Position numbers and translations under genes: made by a program. DNA of 64,000 nt from the NCBI RefSeq assembly GCF_009914755.1, contig NC_060927.1. One strand, 5' to 3'. Position 1 is the stretch's first letter. Every line of letters starts with the position of its first letter. Below are positions 15,245-28,907 of the stretch, piece after piece. The notes under the pieces were generated by a model. The model did not search any database and was not told where the DNA came from. It saw only the letters and a list, made by a program, of their open reading frames with translations. Origin of the DNA: the human T2T-CHM13v2.0 reference genome, Homo sapiens.

Positions 15245-15610
15245 TGTGTTAGGTTGATTTAGTGACCCCAATTTTTTACTCCTCCCTATATCACACCCTT
15301 GCCATAGTAACTTCATAAATGAAGTATATTTTCACACTGCTTGGTACTAAATACTCATGAATGAGGCATATTTCCACACTCCTTGGCTTAGGGATTGGTC
15401 ATGTGACTTGCCTTAGCCAATGGCAGGTTGTCCAAAATTGACCAGTGGACCCTCAATGTAAAACAAAGCCACCCCAGCCACCATGGCCTGAAACTGAGCC
15501 TCCCCAAACAACACACAGCTCTATGAGGACAAATAATTATTATTTTAAGTTCCTGAGTTTCAGAGGTGGTTTATTACATAGTGTTATTGCAGTGATCACT
15601 AAATGATACA
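15245..15610 (+). mobile_element. Old MaLR LTR (MLT1H-J-like)
   Basis: 'ggtcatgtgacttgccttagccaatgg' and end 'ttttaagttcctgagttt...aaatgataca'. Confidence 0.7.
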
Positions 15611-15745
15611 TAAACTAATTCCCTAACAGTATGGAGGAGGCAACTGAGGAACTAAGAAGCAAAGTGACTCCTACAGAGCCTTAATCCAAAGGAAAAACTC
15701 AAAATGGTAGGACTTTCATAGCAGGCCAGAAGAACACATTGATAA

Positions 15746-16052
<307 letters not shown>

Positions 16053-18068
16053 TGATAAAGAGGTTTTCAACATCCTTCCTTCCAACCACATGAAGTAGGC
16101 TAGCATCTTCAGATTGATACACCTTTGGAGTAGCAGCATCTTTCCCATCCACAAAACATCACCATGCTGCTCAGCCATGGAAACAGCTGAAGTTCAGTGG
16201 GACCACCTTATGGTCTGTAAGATGGGAGGTTGGTGTCCTTCCACCTCCTCCAATGACCTCAGTTCAGTTACTTTCAAACAACCATATACTAGCTGTTGAG
16301 TTAAAAACAAATACCACTAAGCCTTATTGCCTTGAGCATGGCATCTTTTATGCCAACCATTAAGATTTATATATCCAAATGCCTTTATTTAATACCTCAA
16401 GAAAACATCTTGCCTATTGGACAATTACCTACAGTAGTTAATTTTGACGGAAGGAAATTAGAGTAGAACTGTTTATTATAATCATGTCCAATTAGGACTC
16501 AGATTTGGAATTGCTCACTAAGACTCAAGAGTGTTTGAGCTGATTCATTGATTACAATGCTATGAAGAAATTACAAAAGGAATCTAAATGCCCTTGAGAA
16601 CCTAAGGGACATTTGTTAATGCCAGTACATGTCACAGAGCCTGGAGCTTTATATTTCCACAGGGTTTCTTGGAAACCCTATTTTGCCAAATACCTTGAAT
16701 TCACGCCCAAGCATTCTTCCTGTTCACAGCCACATGGTGGACCCAGTGCTGAAGGGAGATTAACACTGCAGTTTTCTTGCACAAGGCTCAGACTACACAA
16801 TACTAAAAAATAAAAAGATAAACATGATTCTAGGCACATTCCGTGCCTCATCTCCATGGCCCAGTTCCTGTTATCCATAAGTAGTTTTAAAATAGTCCAC
16901 GTTGTTCAGTCCTGCAAAATCAACAGCACTGGAAAGTTGGCAGGTATACTTGTTTAAACAAAGCTCCCAAGTTTTCTGCTGGCAGGTGTTTCCAGAGTTC
17001 TTGGAGCACAATTCTTTGGATAGGATATTTGCCAATATACATAGCAACAGGAAAGAAAAAGTGTTTTCCTTTACCACATTGGAGACACTGAAATGCCTTA
17101 GATGCAAAGCTGGATATTCAGTTCAGAGGGTTTTTTTGGCTGCAGGTCAAGAATAAATAATAATGAGATCCAGCATCTCTCTGCTCAGAACTCTGATGGG
17201 CTTCAGAGTGGAATGAGATCACTTATCAAATTGGCAACAGGTCCTCTCTGGCCATCTCCGTATAGTTTGACCCAATGAGTTTGGTTCTCCCTTCTTTGTC
17301 AATTCCCCTGTCTCCTGAATGTCTCATTCTCAAACTAATTTTGCTTGAAATTGTGGCTGGAGATGGTATGTTTGAAACTTAATATGATGAACATAGAACA
17401 GGTAAGACATTATTCTTCCCCCATTCATTCCTAGTCATTGATTTTAGTTACATTTTTAAGTCCAGCTTTCCAAAACTGAAACATGGGACTGCTTTAAAAG
17501 CACATGACTAATTTCATAATCTGTTCCTTTGCAGTTGGATTGGTTCATAGTTGCTTCCCTCAGATTCATTCTCTGAGCCATTCAATTAAGATCAGCCTTG
17601 GTGCTGGAACCCCACAAGAGAGAAGTAATACCTTGTCTCTTACCCTGAACTGCAAAAAACTAAATAGAAGATTAAAAAAATAATAATAAGCAAAGCAAGA
17701 CTAAAGTCTGAGGAGGGGAAACACAAGCAAAGTAGGGAAAGGTCTGGGGGAGAAGTTTTTAAAACTTAAAGGAAGTCAAAATGTTTCTGGCTTAGAAGGT
17801 ACTTAATGGTCATTAAATTGTAACTCAGTGAAAATTAAGAGTTTTAAGTTCCGCCTACAAAAATGTAGAATACCAGGCAATACTAAAAGTTATTGTAAGT
17901 CTTTTTTTTTAGTTACGTGCTAATGGAAAATGTGTATTGAATTTAAGTTCTTTCGTTTTTGTATTAACTGGCCTCATCTTGGGGTTCAATTAATGCCTCT
18001 GTCTGTATGATAACTTTCCTTCATTTCCCTCATAGTGTCTTGTCTTTAGTATTTTGAGAACTTTCTTA

Positions 18069-18563
<495 letters not shown>

Positions 18564-18679
18564 TCAGTTTAACTGTAGAACCGTGGCTACAAAAAGAAAT
18601 CACATTGGTCAGATTCTGAGTTTTTTACTTCAGGAAGACATCTGAGGAAATAACAGTGATTAATAATATAAAACTTGAT

Positions 18680-18890
18680 CAGATAGACCTGAGTTTACGT
18701 TCCTGCTTTTTACCTACTTGCAGGGTGTTTTAAAAAATAAGGCTGTCAGTTCAATAATGGTGTTGCCTCTCCTAGCTGTGATAATTCGATTCATTTATTA
18801 AAATCTCTGGGCTTTGGTTCCTCAGTGATAAAACAGTCAAGATGAGTAGATGTGATTGGAAGAATTAAATGAAGTAGTATAGTCAAGAGC
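18680..18890 (+). mobile_element. MIR SINE
   Basis: 'agatagacctgagtt', 'aatctctgggctttggttcctca', 'gaagaattaaatga'. Confidence 0.55.
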
Positions 18891-19739
18891 AGACCCCATA
18901 AAGGCGATTTGATTAGAATGGCCACAAATATTTGACTGCAACTTTAAGATCACCATACTTTTTAACTTTTATGTGTTTTCTTTCATGAGTACTAAATATC
19001 TATTGTAGGGAAATTAGAAAATACAGAGAAGTAAAAATAATGAGAATTACTTAATCACTTATAGAATCACTTGCCAGAAATAATTATTGAGAATTCGATT
19101 AAATCCTATCAGACTTAATCATAAAAAATCAAAATGACATCAGATTGTCCCTGAAATGTTTAATTTTCACCTTTTAGAGTATCTGCCTGATCTCTTTTAT
19201 GAAAGTGAGTGAAGAAAGTCATAAGAAATTGATTTCTAGGAGGTAAACCAGGAGAAAGAATCCTGAGAAGATTTGGGAGGAAATGAACTTACTGTTTGTT
19301 TGTTTTCACAAAGGAAGAAATGTTGCGAATTCCAGGCAGAATATTGTTTTCTGCCAGATCCTTTCCGGAAAAGGCAATAGTGCTAAGGCAGGGTTTCTCT
19401 CAGAAAAATAGCAAGCCCTGAAGGATTTCTATTGGGTAGGTTTCACTAAAAATGAGGAATCAATATTGTTTTTATTGTCAGCTCCCAGTGACTGAATTGG
19501 AAAGGACTGAGAAAGCAATAACTTCATTTTTCAAAAGTTGCCTCCCTTTTCCCTTCTGTCCCTTCATTAGGATAATTTGTAAAAGCTTTTTGGCTCTTTC
19601 TGTGGTCTCTATTACCAAAAGATCTGAACAATTATTTTTGAAAATTTACCCCTAAAATCTATTTGATAGTAATGTTTTAATGTAATATCTAACATATTGC
19701 TTCATCATATTTGGAATATCCATAGCATAGCTAAAATTT

Positions 19740-19900
19740 TTTGAGTGTTCTGTTTATGCGTAAGTTCTCCAAACTCCATTTTAAAGATAACAAAACTGAA
19801 GAGCTTAGAGGTATTAAGTAAATTGCCCAAGATCACATAGGGAGTGTCAAACTGGAGCTTAAGCACATGCAGATCCACCACAGTCCAAAAAGCATCCCCT
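19740..19900 (-). mobile_element. MIR SINE
   Basis: 'ccattttaaagataacaaaactga...ttaagtaaattgcccaagatcacatag'. Confidence 0.7.
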
Positions 19901-20594
19901 ATTGACCATGGCACATTTCACCTTACTGTGTATGTACACACTCAAGCCTATACACACTCCATACCACTCATCCAAACACAGTCAGAGAAATTGCTAATAA
20001 AGGAAAATGTGCATAATTATGGAAATGTCTAAATGTAAGAATATGCTTTGCATGGGATTTATTTGGAATAGAACACCATGGCCCTAGACTTGTAATTCCA
20101 TCAGGAACATCACTGGTATCTGCATGGCACAGTTAGCAATTTTAATACATTGATAAAATCCATTGATGGTCCAGGGCTTTCACATGTAAATGAATATTAT
20201 AATTGCATAACCCAGAAAAAGAAAAAAAATGAGTTCTAAACAAGCTCTGAGATGATTCTTATAGAACTTATAGTATTGATGTATTGAAGGAGATCATCAC
20301 AACAAAACCCTCCAGCAATCTGAGCAAGAGCACAGTACCTAGCTGTAGCAGTGGGTAGAATGAGTTTCAAGTTAAAAGAAGATACCGAATTGTTTGCAGA
20401 TCTTTCCTCTTTTCTGTACTTCATAGACTCTTCTATCCCTGAAAAATAACGTAATGAATATCAAAAGGGAATTTCTAGAACCATGCAAAGTTTATTTCCT
20501 CTTGCCCTATGTCCTGTGTCAGCTGAACTTCTAATAGCTTGGAGTGTGAGAAGAAGCTTTATTAATAAAGGGAGATGAAGGCAGGGAGGGAGAA

Positions 20595-20820
20595 CTCATG
20601 TTTATTAAGCACCCACCAAAGGTCAGGCACTCACATATGTGCTATGTGCTTATGCTTTATATATTTAATCCCTTCCAACAGTACTGTAGATAGTATTATT
20701 CTCATCATCCAGTTAGAGAAGCTGAGGCTCAATAAGCTAAATAATTTTACTAATTTGACTAATCCATTGAGTATCAGAGTTAGGATACCAGCCCAAATCC
20801 AAAGCCTTTCTACTGCACTG
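20595..20820 (-). mobile_element. MIR SINE
   Basis: 'tttattaagcacc...caggcact...tttaatcc...gaagctgaggctca'. Confidence 0.7.
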
Positions 20821-21794
20821 AGAAAATAAGAAATAGGTTCTGAACTTCTCTTCCCCAATTTCACAGCCATAGTGAGATTTATTTTTAACTCTGTTCAATT
20901 TGCTAATATTTGAGGTGTCACATTCTTTGGGTAAGGATGATTATTTATAATTTTGAATTCCAGTTAAACCCCCAAAACTTATTCCAGACTATACATCGGA
21001 GTAAAAAGAGGTTTATGCAGTAACAGTTAAACTATGTTTCTCTCTGCTTTTATAAGACATAGAGCCCTCTTTACATTCCTTCCATGGAGTTTGGCACGTG
21101 TCTAAGTTGTGGTAAGCATGCTGCGAATTATCTTCTTACGACACTGGATGTCTGTCATTTTCCTCCTCTTTCACTCTACCTCACTGCGATGGTGTTTTTG
21201 GCTCTTCGTAATACCGAGAGAGGCTGCTAACATATCTTCAGTGCCCAGGCCTTCGTTGCTATTGCTCCTGAAACTGCCAACATCATCTCCCAAGACTCTA
21301 GTGCTATCTTGTCTCTGCCCAAGTTGCCAATGCTAATGCTGCTGACTTATTGAGGTCCCAAAGCCCAGTGAAGCAATTAGTAGGAAAAAAAAGAAGGAAA
21401 ACAAACTTTGTTTTCTTATTCATATTGTATGTCCATTGGGCCTGGGCCAGAGAACCATCAGAGTGACAGGCCCAAGGTCTATTCAGAGTCCCAGCTCTGT
21501 TCAACACCAGCCTACTGTTCTTGAACCAGGTTATAGCTGTTTGTCTTCACTTACCATGTGATCTTTCTCAAGAGGCTCCTCATTCTTTCTTGTAAAGACT
21601 GGCTACAGCTATATAAAAACCTAAGAATAATCTCAGATTTGGTTCCACCTGGACTCTTTACTATATACATATATATGTATGTGGAAATGAGGTCAAGGGA
21701 ATGTACAGGTTTGTTCAGTGTTAACAAGCTCATTACTGGCAGATATACAATAAGTATTTGGGTATTCTAACTCCTAATTCAGAAAAGTATTATT

Positions 21795-22040
21795 TCCTTC
21801 ATTCATATATTCATTCAACAAATATGTGTTGAAGGCTGGTTTTGTGCCAGCCACTGTAAGAAGTAATGTATACAACACATGCTAGCCCTTTAGAGCTCAT
21901 AATCTACTGGTGTGATAAGTCCATTGTAGGGTTAAACTCAAGATACAATGGGAGTTAATAGGAGAGATGTCTAACCTAGGAAAGGCTTCCGAGATGACAC
22001 AATCTTTAAGCTGAGCCTGCAGGACAAGAAGTTAATGAGG
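21795..22040 (-). mobile_element. L2 3' end
   Basis: 'ttcattcaacaaatatgtgttga...tgtgccagccactgt'. Confidence 0.65.
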
Positions 22041-22400
22041 CTGAGGAAGAAAGCTGGTTTGTAGTCAGTGGAAAGTGGGGCTTGGGGAAGGTAGGCATTT
22101 CTGATTCAGTTAGTCAAGAAGGCAGCTGAGCTCCAAGCTTTCTTGCCAGTAAGTTTATATTTTCCCTGGTCAAGCACCTGAGTTCCTCTAAATTACTTCA
22201 GAAGTTAAATAACCATCCATTTTCTTTTTCTTGATAATAATATGGAAGTTTAAAAACAGCAAATTCATTGCATAGAAGTTTCTTTGTGAATTTATTAGAA
22301 AGAGGGAAAGAGGACAGGAGTTTAGTTCATGAGAAGGGTAGGGCCGGAAGCAAGATTGTGACTTTAAATAAGTTAGGCTAAACCAATGTAAAATAACCCT

Positions 22401-22917
<517 letters not shown>

Positions 22918-24073
22918 AGACACTGTTTCAGAGAGAGTGCCATCAACACTGATAAAATCCCTCAAACCAAAGGCTGAAAGTGCTTGCACTCATACATGAG
23001 TGCCCTGTGGTAATTTGGAGAAGAAAAAGGGAGAAGAGGAAAGCAGTTAAGATTTGTGTTTTTTTTTGCGGGGGGTGTGGGGTGTGTGTTTACTTATAAC
23101 TGTAGTCTACTAAGGGAGATTTTTTTCATGGTTATTTATAATAGACTCTGTGTTCTAGGAAGATTTCAACACCTTTTTAGCAAAAGATGTTCACATAAAC
23201 CTGAAATGAATATAGCCAAAGAGGACGTGGTCTTTCAGCACCTCCAGCTAAAAAATGCTGCAGAGGAACTTCCTGTATTAAGGTAAATGAACAAATAAAT
23301 CTTCCTGCGGAGACACAAGTTTTCTGAACTGATGTTATTTGCAACACAGTTATTCAAGTATGGACTGGGAACAGGAATGGCAGGGAGGTGTGAGCAAAAG
23401 AGGGAAGATCATAAAAGTGTTGTACTATTGAACTGGCTCTCCTGAAATAAAGAAAAAGCCTTGATATGTAAGTTGATTTCTGTGGTGTCCATACTCTCAC
23501 TATGGCTCACTTCAATCTCCTGATTTGATACCACTAACAAGGTGTTGTGAAGACACGGGCAAATTCAATTCTTGTAGGTCAGTGAGATCCATTCCAGAAG
23601 ACAAATCCCTGGATGTAAACTTTCTGTGGTCCGATTGATGCTTCCTTGTGGAGGTACCAGAACAGACCTTTGGTTTAAAATGCATCTCAAATGTGAAATC
23701 AGGTTCTTTTCTTTGCTTGAAGCACTTGCAATAATACGCAGAGACTGGATTTCAGGTCCCACATGCTCTTGAGTTAATTTTGCTGGATTAAAGGGTGTGC
23801 AGGCCCTTGTGAGTTAGGGCTGGCTAGGGTTTTGTGAATTCCAGGTGAGATGCTGGCATCTTCCTCATCAAGTTCTGTATTAACAGCTGCCACCTTCAGA
23901 AGACTGGTAGAGGCTCAAGGTTAGGGAAAAGCACAGAAATTACAAAAACTGTGACACCTTTTATCAAGGGCTACTTAAAAATAGAGTCTATTTTTGAAAG
24001 AATGTGGGTAAAGAAATGTTTTCAACAAAAGTTTGGTGGGTATGTACCATCTATTTACATATTAACGCACATA

Positions 24074-24369
24074 GGCCGGGCGCGGTGGCTCACGCCTGTA
24101 ATCCCAGCACTTTGGGAGGCCGAGGCGGGCGGATCACGAGGTCAGGAGATCGAGACCATCCTGGCTAACACGGTGAAACCCCGTCTCTACTAAAAATGCA
24201 AAAAATTAGCCGGGCGAGGTGGCGGGCGCCTGTAGTCCCAGCTACGCGGGAGGCTGAGGCAGGAGAATGGCGTGAACCCCAGGGGGCGGAGCTTGCAGTG
24301 AGCCGAGATCGCGCCACTGCACCCCAGCCTGGGCGACAGCGAGACTCCGTCTCAAAAAAAAAAAAAAAA
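24074..24369 (+). mobile_element. Young AluY (AluYe-like features)
   Basis: Nearly all CpGs intact; 'gaaccccagggggcggagc', 'gggcgacagcgagactcc'; TSD-like gcacat on both sides. Confidence 0.96.
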
Positions 24370-24419
24370 GCACATGTAACTTGTAGCATAAATATTTTAA
24401 ATAAATTGATATACACAAT

Positions 24420-24482
24420 CCTTCCGTCTCCCCACCCCTCCCTCCTTCCCTCCTTTCCTTCCTCCTTCCTTCCTTCCTTCCT
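24420..24482. repeat. (CCTT)n-like tract
   Basis: Direct reading. Confidence 0.8.
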
Positions 24483-25200
24483 GTTGAATAGTTATAAGGT
24501 TCTAGGCATGTAACTTAATGTAAACTTATCTAGTAAAGCAATTAATAAGACAAAAGTTGTACATTGAAGGAGCTCATAGGAAGAAGGAGGCAGTTGCGTA
24601 AACACCTACTTGAAGAATGTTTCAGAAGTTGAGATAAGAGGCTAAGCTGGGTGGCAAGCAAAGGCATGAAAGCAGGACTGTTAATTCTGGCTGGGTGAAG
24701 GGCCAAGGTAGAGATCAAGGCTGAATTTGTAAAGTCATAATGGAGGAATTTAAAAGGTGAGAAGCCTGATAATCAAGGGTGTGGGACATGTAGGCAGTAT
24801 GAGAAGGGGTTGATGGAAGCTTACTGACTGGTCAAGGCAGTGCAAGAAGTTTAACCTGTCTGGAAATATGGGGACAAGAACTGGAAAGGGCAGTCTGTGC
24901 ATGAAGATTCCAGGAGAAGCCTGATGATGGAAAACCTTAAAATCACATCGAGGTTTATTTTATAGTGCTACTATTGAGGAACCATTTCTGGGTTTTTAAT
25001 TGGGGAATGATATGAACATTTCCAGGGTTGTTGCTCTCTGTTGTTTTTAAGGATCAGTACAAAGTAGCTGCATGAAGAATGGATGGGAGAATAAGAAGCT
25101 ATGGCAATAACGACAGTTAGAATATATCAATGGGCATGGAGGAGGAGGCTGTTGACCTGGGGGGAGTACCAATAAAGTTGGACTATGCAGAGGAAAGAAC
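24483..25200 (-). mobile_element. Diverged L2
   Basis: Purine-rich, with 'ttctaggc...gacaaaag...ggagctcata' and 'ggcatgaaagcagga' typical of antisense L2. Confidence 0.5.
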
Positions 25201-25247
25201 TCGGGGATTTTATAAAGTTAGAATTGTCAGGACTTTGTCATAATTTC

Positions 25248-25403
25248 TTTCTTTTCTTTTCTTTTTTTTTTTTTTTTGTATTTTTAGTACAGATGGGGTT
25301 TCACCATGTTCGCCAGGATGGTCTCGATCTCCTGACCTCGTGATCTGTCCACCTCTGCCTCCCAAAGTGCTGGGATTACAGGTGTGAGCCACCACTCCCA
25401 GCC
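25248..25403 (-). mobile_element. Alu left monomer only (AluSc/Y-type)
   Basis: 'ccaggatggtctcgatctcctgacctcgtgatc'; TSD tttgtcat(a/c)atttc at 25234-25247 and 25404-25417. Confidence 0.92.
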
Positions 25404-25782
25404 TTTGTCATCATTTCAGATAGGGTGAAGGAATGGTTTAAGTCGCCTCCAAGGTATCTTGTTGGGGGTGAGGGGTACAGAGGGGTCTTACTGAATGGTG
25501 ATGAAAAAGGGGACACAAGCGAAAAATCAACATTGGAGAAAAGATAACTAAACCCTGGGAAGCTTAAGGAACAAAGTGTAACAAAACAACATGGATTGTT
25601 TTATAAAATACTTTGAGATATCCAGGATTAAAAGTATGATAAAAAATAACATCGTGTATTTTTGCAGTAACTTTTAATTTACAAAAACACTTACATACAT
25701 TATCTCACTAGACTCTTTGACCCTTATATGTACTATGTAAGAAAGGCAGGGCAGGCACCAGAAATCCAGGGTTACAAAATCT

Positions 25783-25952
25783 AGTGATTGGAACTCAGAG
25801 GGATTGCGAGGCATGCTCAAAATCCCACAACTGCGCAAAAATAGGACAAACAGAAATATGTTCACTCAGTGATTAGAACTCGGAGGGATTGTGAGGCATG
25901 CTCAAAATCCCACAACTGCGCAGAAATAGGACGAAGAGAAATATGTTTGCTC
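25783..25952. repeat. 85-bp tandem duplication (2 copies)
   Basis: 25783-25867 versus 25868-25952: 8 mismatches, no gaps. Confidence 0.95.
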
Positions 25953-27029
25953 AGTCCTAGGTGCAATACTTATGACCAGAATGGGAGGACAGACTGATCC
26001 CCTTTAGAGCTTGATTTTCCTTCCCTCTGGGAATATATCTGCCTTTGGCACTGGGTACGATACCTCCAGTATCTGTCTTTGTCGAGTAGTTTCTTCATGA
26101 GATCCCCAGTCATATCAGTGGAGACCTGTGGGTCTTATATGTGTTGCTTAAAATTATGTCCAAACTGTTGAGGCCTTGACGTTCCTGGAGCTTGAATGAC
26201 CCATCACCTTGGAAGGTTCTGAAGTTCTGATCATCTCACTGGTCATCCTAAAACCTGAAACTGAAGAGGGTGAGGCAAAAATATACTGTCATCTTTTCCT
26301 TTCTGTGAAAAACAGAAAGAAAAACACAGTAAACCTGCCATTTCCCTCAGGTCAAGTGACAGACACTGACCCTTGAATTTTCCATTCAGAGAGCTCCAAA
26401 GTAAACACAGAATCACGTAAGTCTGAAGAAAAGAAGCCAAATTAGGAACATCACACTTCCTCTCGCCTAGAAAAGAACAGCTTTTCCTATTACTCTAAGT
26501 AGGACACTGGAAGAGAAAACAATTATAAATTAAAATTATAAATTAAAAATCAGTTATAAAATTAAAGAATTTGGAATGTAATATGCTTTGCAGGTACTCA
26601 GATGATGGCACGCAATTGAAAAATCTGTTTAAGTGTTAGCTTAGCCTTTGTAAACTCTACCAAACAATCTACATCTTCCTACCATTTGCTCATTTGTTAT
26701 AACTGAAAGAAATGTCTCCTCAAATATTAAAGCTGATGGAGAAAAATGTACCATGCTTCTTCTCTCATCTCAGATACAAGAAAAATTACTCTCAGACTTA
26801 TTTGCACAGTTAAGTTTATCCTTAGAAGTAGCTGTTGCCATTTGCTATCTCTTCAGTTTTGAACTAAAGTTAAAAGTGATGGAGTTCAGTAAAATTAGCA
26901 ACAGGATTAGACATGGCTCATCCCCATTCTTCCTTATTAAAATGCATTTCCCCGCCCCCACTCCCCCAGTGACCAGGACACCATGCTCTGCTGTGATTCT
27001 TCCTATCTCCTTCTCAGAATTCTTCACTG

Positions 27030-28125
27030 GGTCCTTCTCTTTGTGATATCAGTCTCAAATCTCAGAACTCAGTCTTTATCTCCTCTCTTTCTTACTCATA
27101 CCCCCAACAATTTTATCCAATCCATTCTTTAACTATCCTCTCTAGCCTGACTGCTCCCAGAATTATAGCACTAGTCCTAATCTTTGCTGTAAAATCTATA
27201 CTGGTACAACCAACAGCTAACAACATATCCACTTAAATATCTAAAAGGCATGTCCAGGCTGGACCCTTGACTTACTGCTATCCCCAGACTTACTCCACCC
27301 AGATCCTTCCCATCTCAGCAAGTGGCATCATCATTCTTCCAGTTGTAGACAAAATCCTAACAATCATCCTTGATTCATCTATTTCTCTAATATCCCACAT
27401 CCAATCCATTAGCAAACTCTCTGCTCCACCTTCCCAATACATTTAAAAGCCAATTGCCTCTCATAATCTTTATTATTTCTCACATGGACTGTTGCAATCA
27501 CCTGCTAACTTGTTTCCCTGCTTCTTCTCTTATCTCTCTTCTCTTCCCACCTGACGAAGCTGTCTTTTTAGACTTTAAATCAGATTATGTGATTCCTCTT
27601 AGAATAAAATTTAAATACCATATCAGGGCCTCAGAAGTTCTACATGATCTGGTTCCTGTCTTCTTCTCTGCTCTTACCTCCTGATACTCTGTGCTTTGCT
27701 TGCTCTGCTATAAATACATTCATTTTCTTTGGATCCCCTGAACATCCAAGCACTTCCCACTTCAGTGCCTTTGCACATGTTATTCCTCTCCCTGGAATGC
27801 TCTTCCTGCAATTCTTCACATAGCTTAATTTTTAACATCTCTCAAGTTTTGGCTTAAATGTTACTTCTTCAAGAAAGGCCCCTTTCCTCACTTCCCCAGC
27901 CTTTTTGCTATCTGCTACATTTTTATTGAAAACATTAATTATTACTACAAAAATTACATGTATCAATTCCTCTTAGTTTACTATTTTTCACCCCAGCTAC
28001 CATAAATCTAAGTTAGTAGGGCCCATGTCCCTTTTTGTATTACCTATGTATCCTCAATGCCTAAAAGAGCACCTGACACATAGTAGGCACCATATAAGCA
28101 GGTGATGATTTGATGAATAAGTTAA
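27030..28125 (+). mobile_element. L2 (L2a-like) 3' region
   Basis: 'catccttgattcatct...atcccacatccaatccattagcaa', 'gcctttgcacatgttattcctctccctggaatgctcttcc', end 'cacctgacacatagtaggcac'. Confidence 0.85.
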
Positions 28126-28787
28126 ATAAATGTATCTGTAAGATTCAATATCCCTGGTAAACATTGTTTTTTTTTCACTTCTAACTTGCATAAAATAAAC
28201 AATGTGTATGTGTGCATGTGTATTCCCTGAAGCTAAAATACATAAATTAATGATCTCAACATTTGCAGCAACCTGAGAAGTAACATCATACATCTAGAGA
28301 AAATAACTCTTCCAAACATTGGCTGGGTGGCATAAATATCAAACACACTACTGCTGTCAATATTAGCAAGACAAGAGTGGAACAACTTTCTCCAGAATAT
28401 TCTGATTAGACAGATACTGTATTCTGTATTGGCATTACCTGAGTCTCTCAGGTGAATGAATCCCTGTGTCTTCTCACTCAATAAAGGGCACTTGAGTGAC
28501 CACTAGATGCCAAACACTGTGATAGATACAAAGACATGTGGGTGAAAAGACAAGCAGAATCTTGTCCTCATGCTACCTACAGGGAGGCCAGATATTGAAC
28601 AAATAATTATCAAGAGGCAGAAAAATGCTGCAACCATAGAATATTAGAGGAAACCATTACATCCACATTTATAGACAGGAAAATGCAACTTATACAGAAA
28701 ACATGGCTAACTCCCGGAACACCACTGGTTCGTGGTAGTATTAGGGCTTGAACTTTAATTTCTTAGTCATCAATTTTTTGCTCTAAT

Positions 28788-28907
28788 TAAGATAACATAC
28801 ATCCTGATTTGCCTAGGACAGTACTGGCTTAGTACTTGTCCTAATTATTTAAATATCCCCTTTTTCATTCTCAAATGAATCCTGGTTCAGATAGTATGGC
28901 CATCCTA
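28788..28907. mobile_element. MER94-like hAT-Blackjack element
   Basis: 'catacatcctgatttgcctaggacagt...cccctttttcattctcaaa...tatggccatccta'. Confidence 0.7.

Noticed and set aside
25783-25952. Direct repeats as a CRISPR-like array
   Set aside because: Only two adjacent copies, no spacers, primate context.
28497-28515. CTCF-like 'tgaccactagatgcca'
   Set aside because: Mismatch in the core GGC and lies in an L2 relic; cannot be supported without ChIP data.
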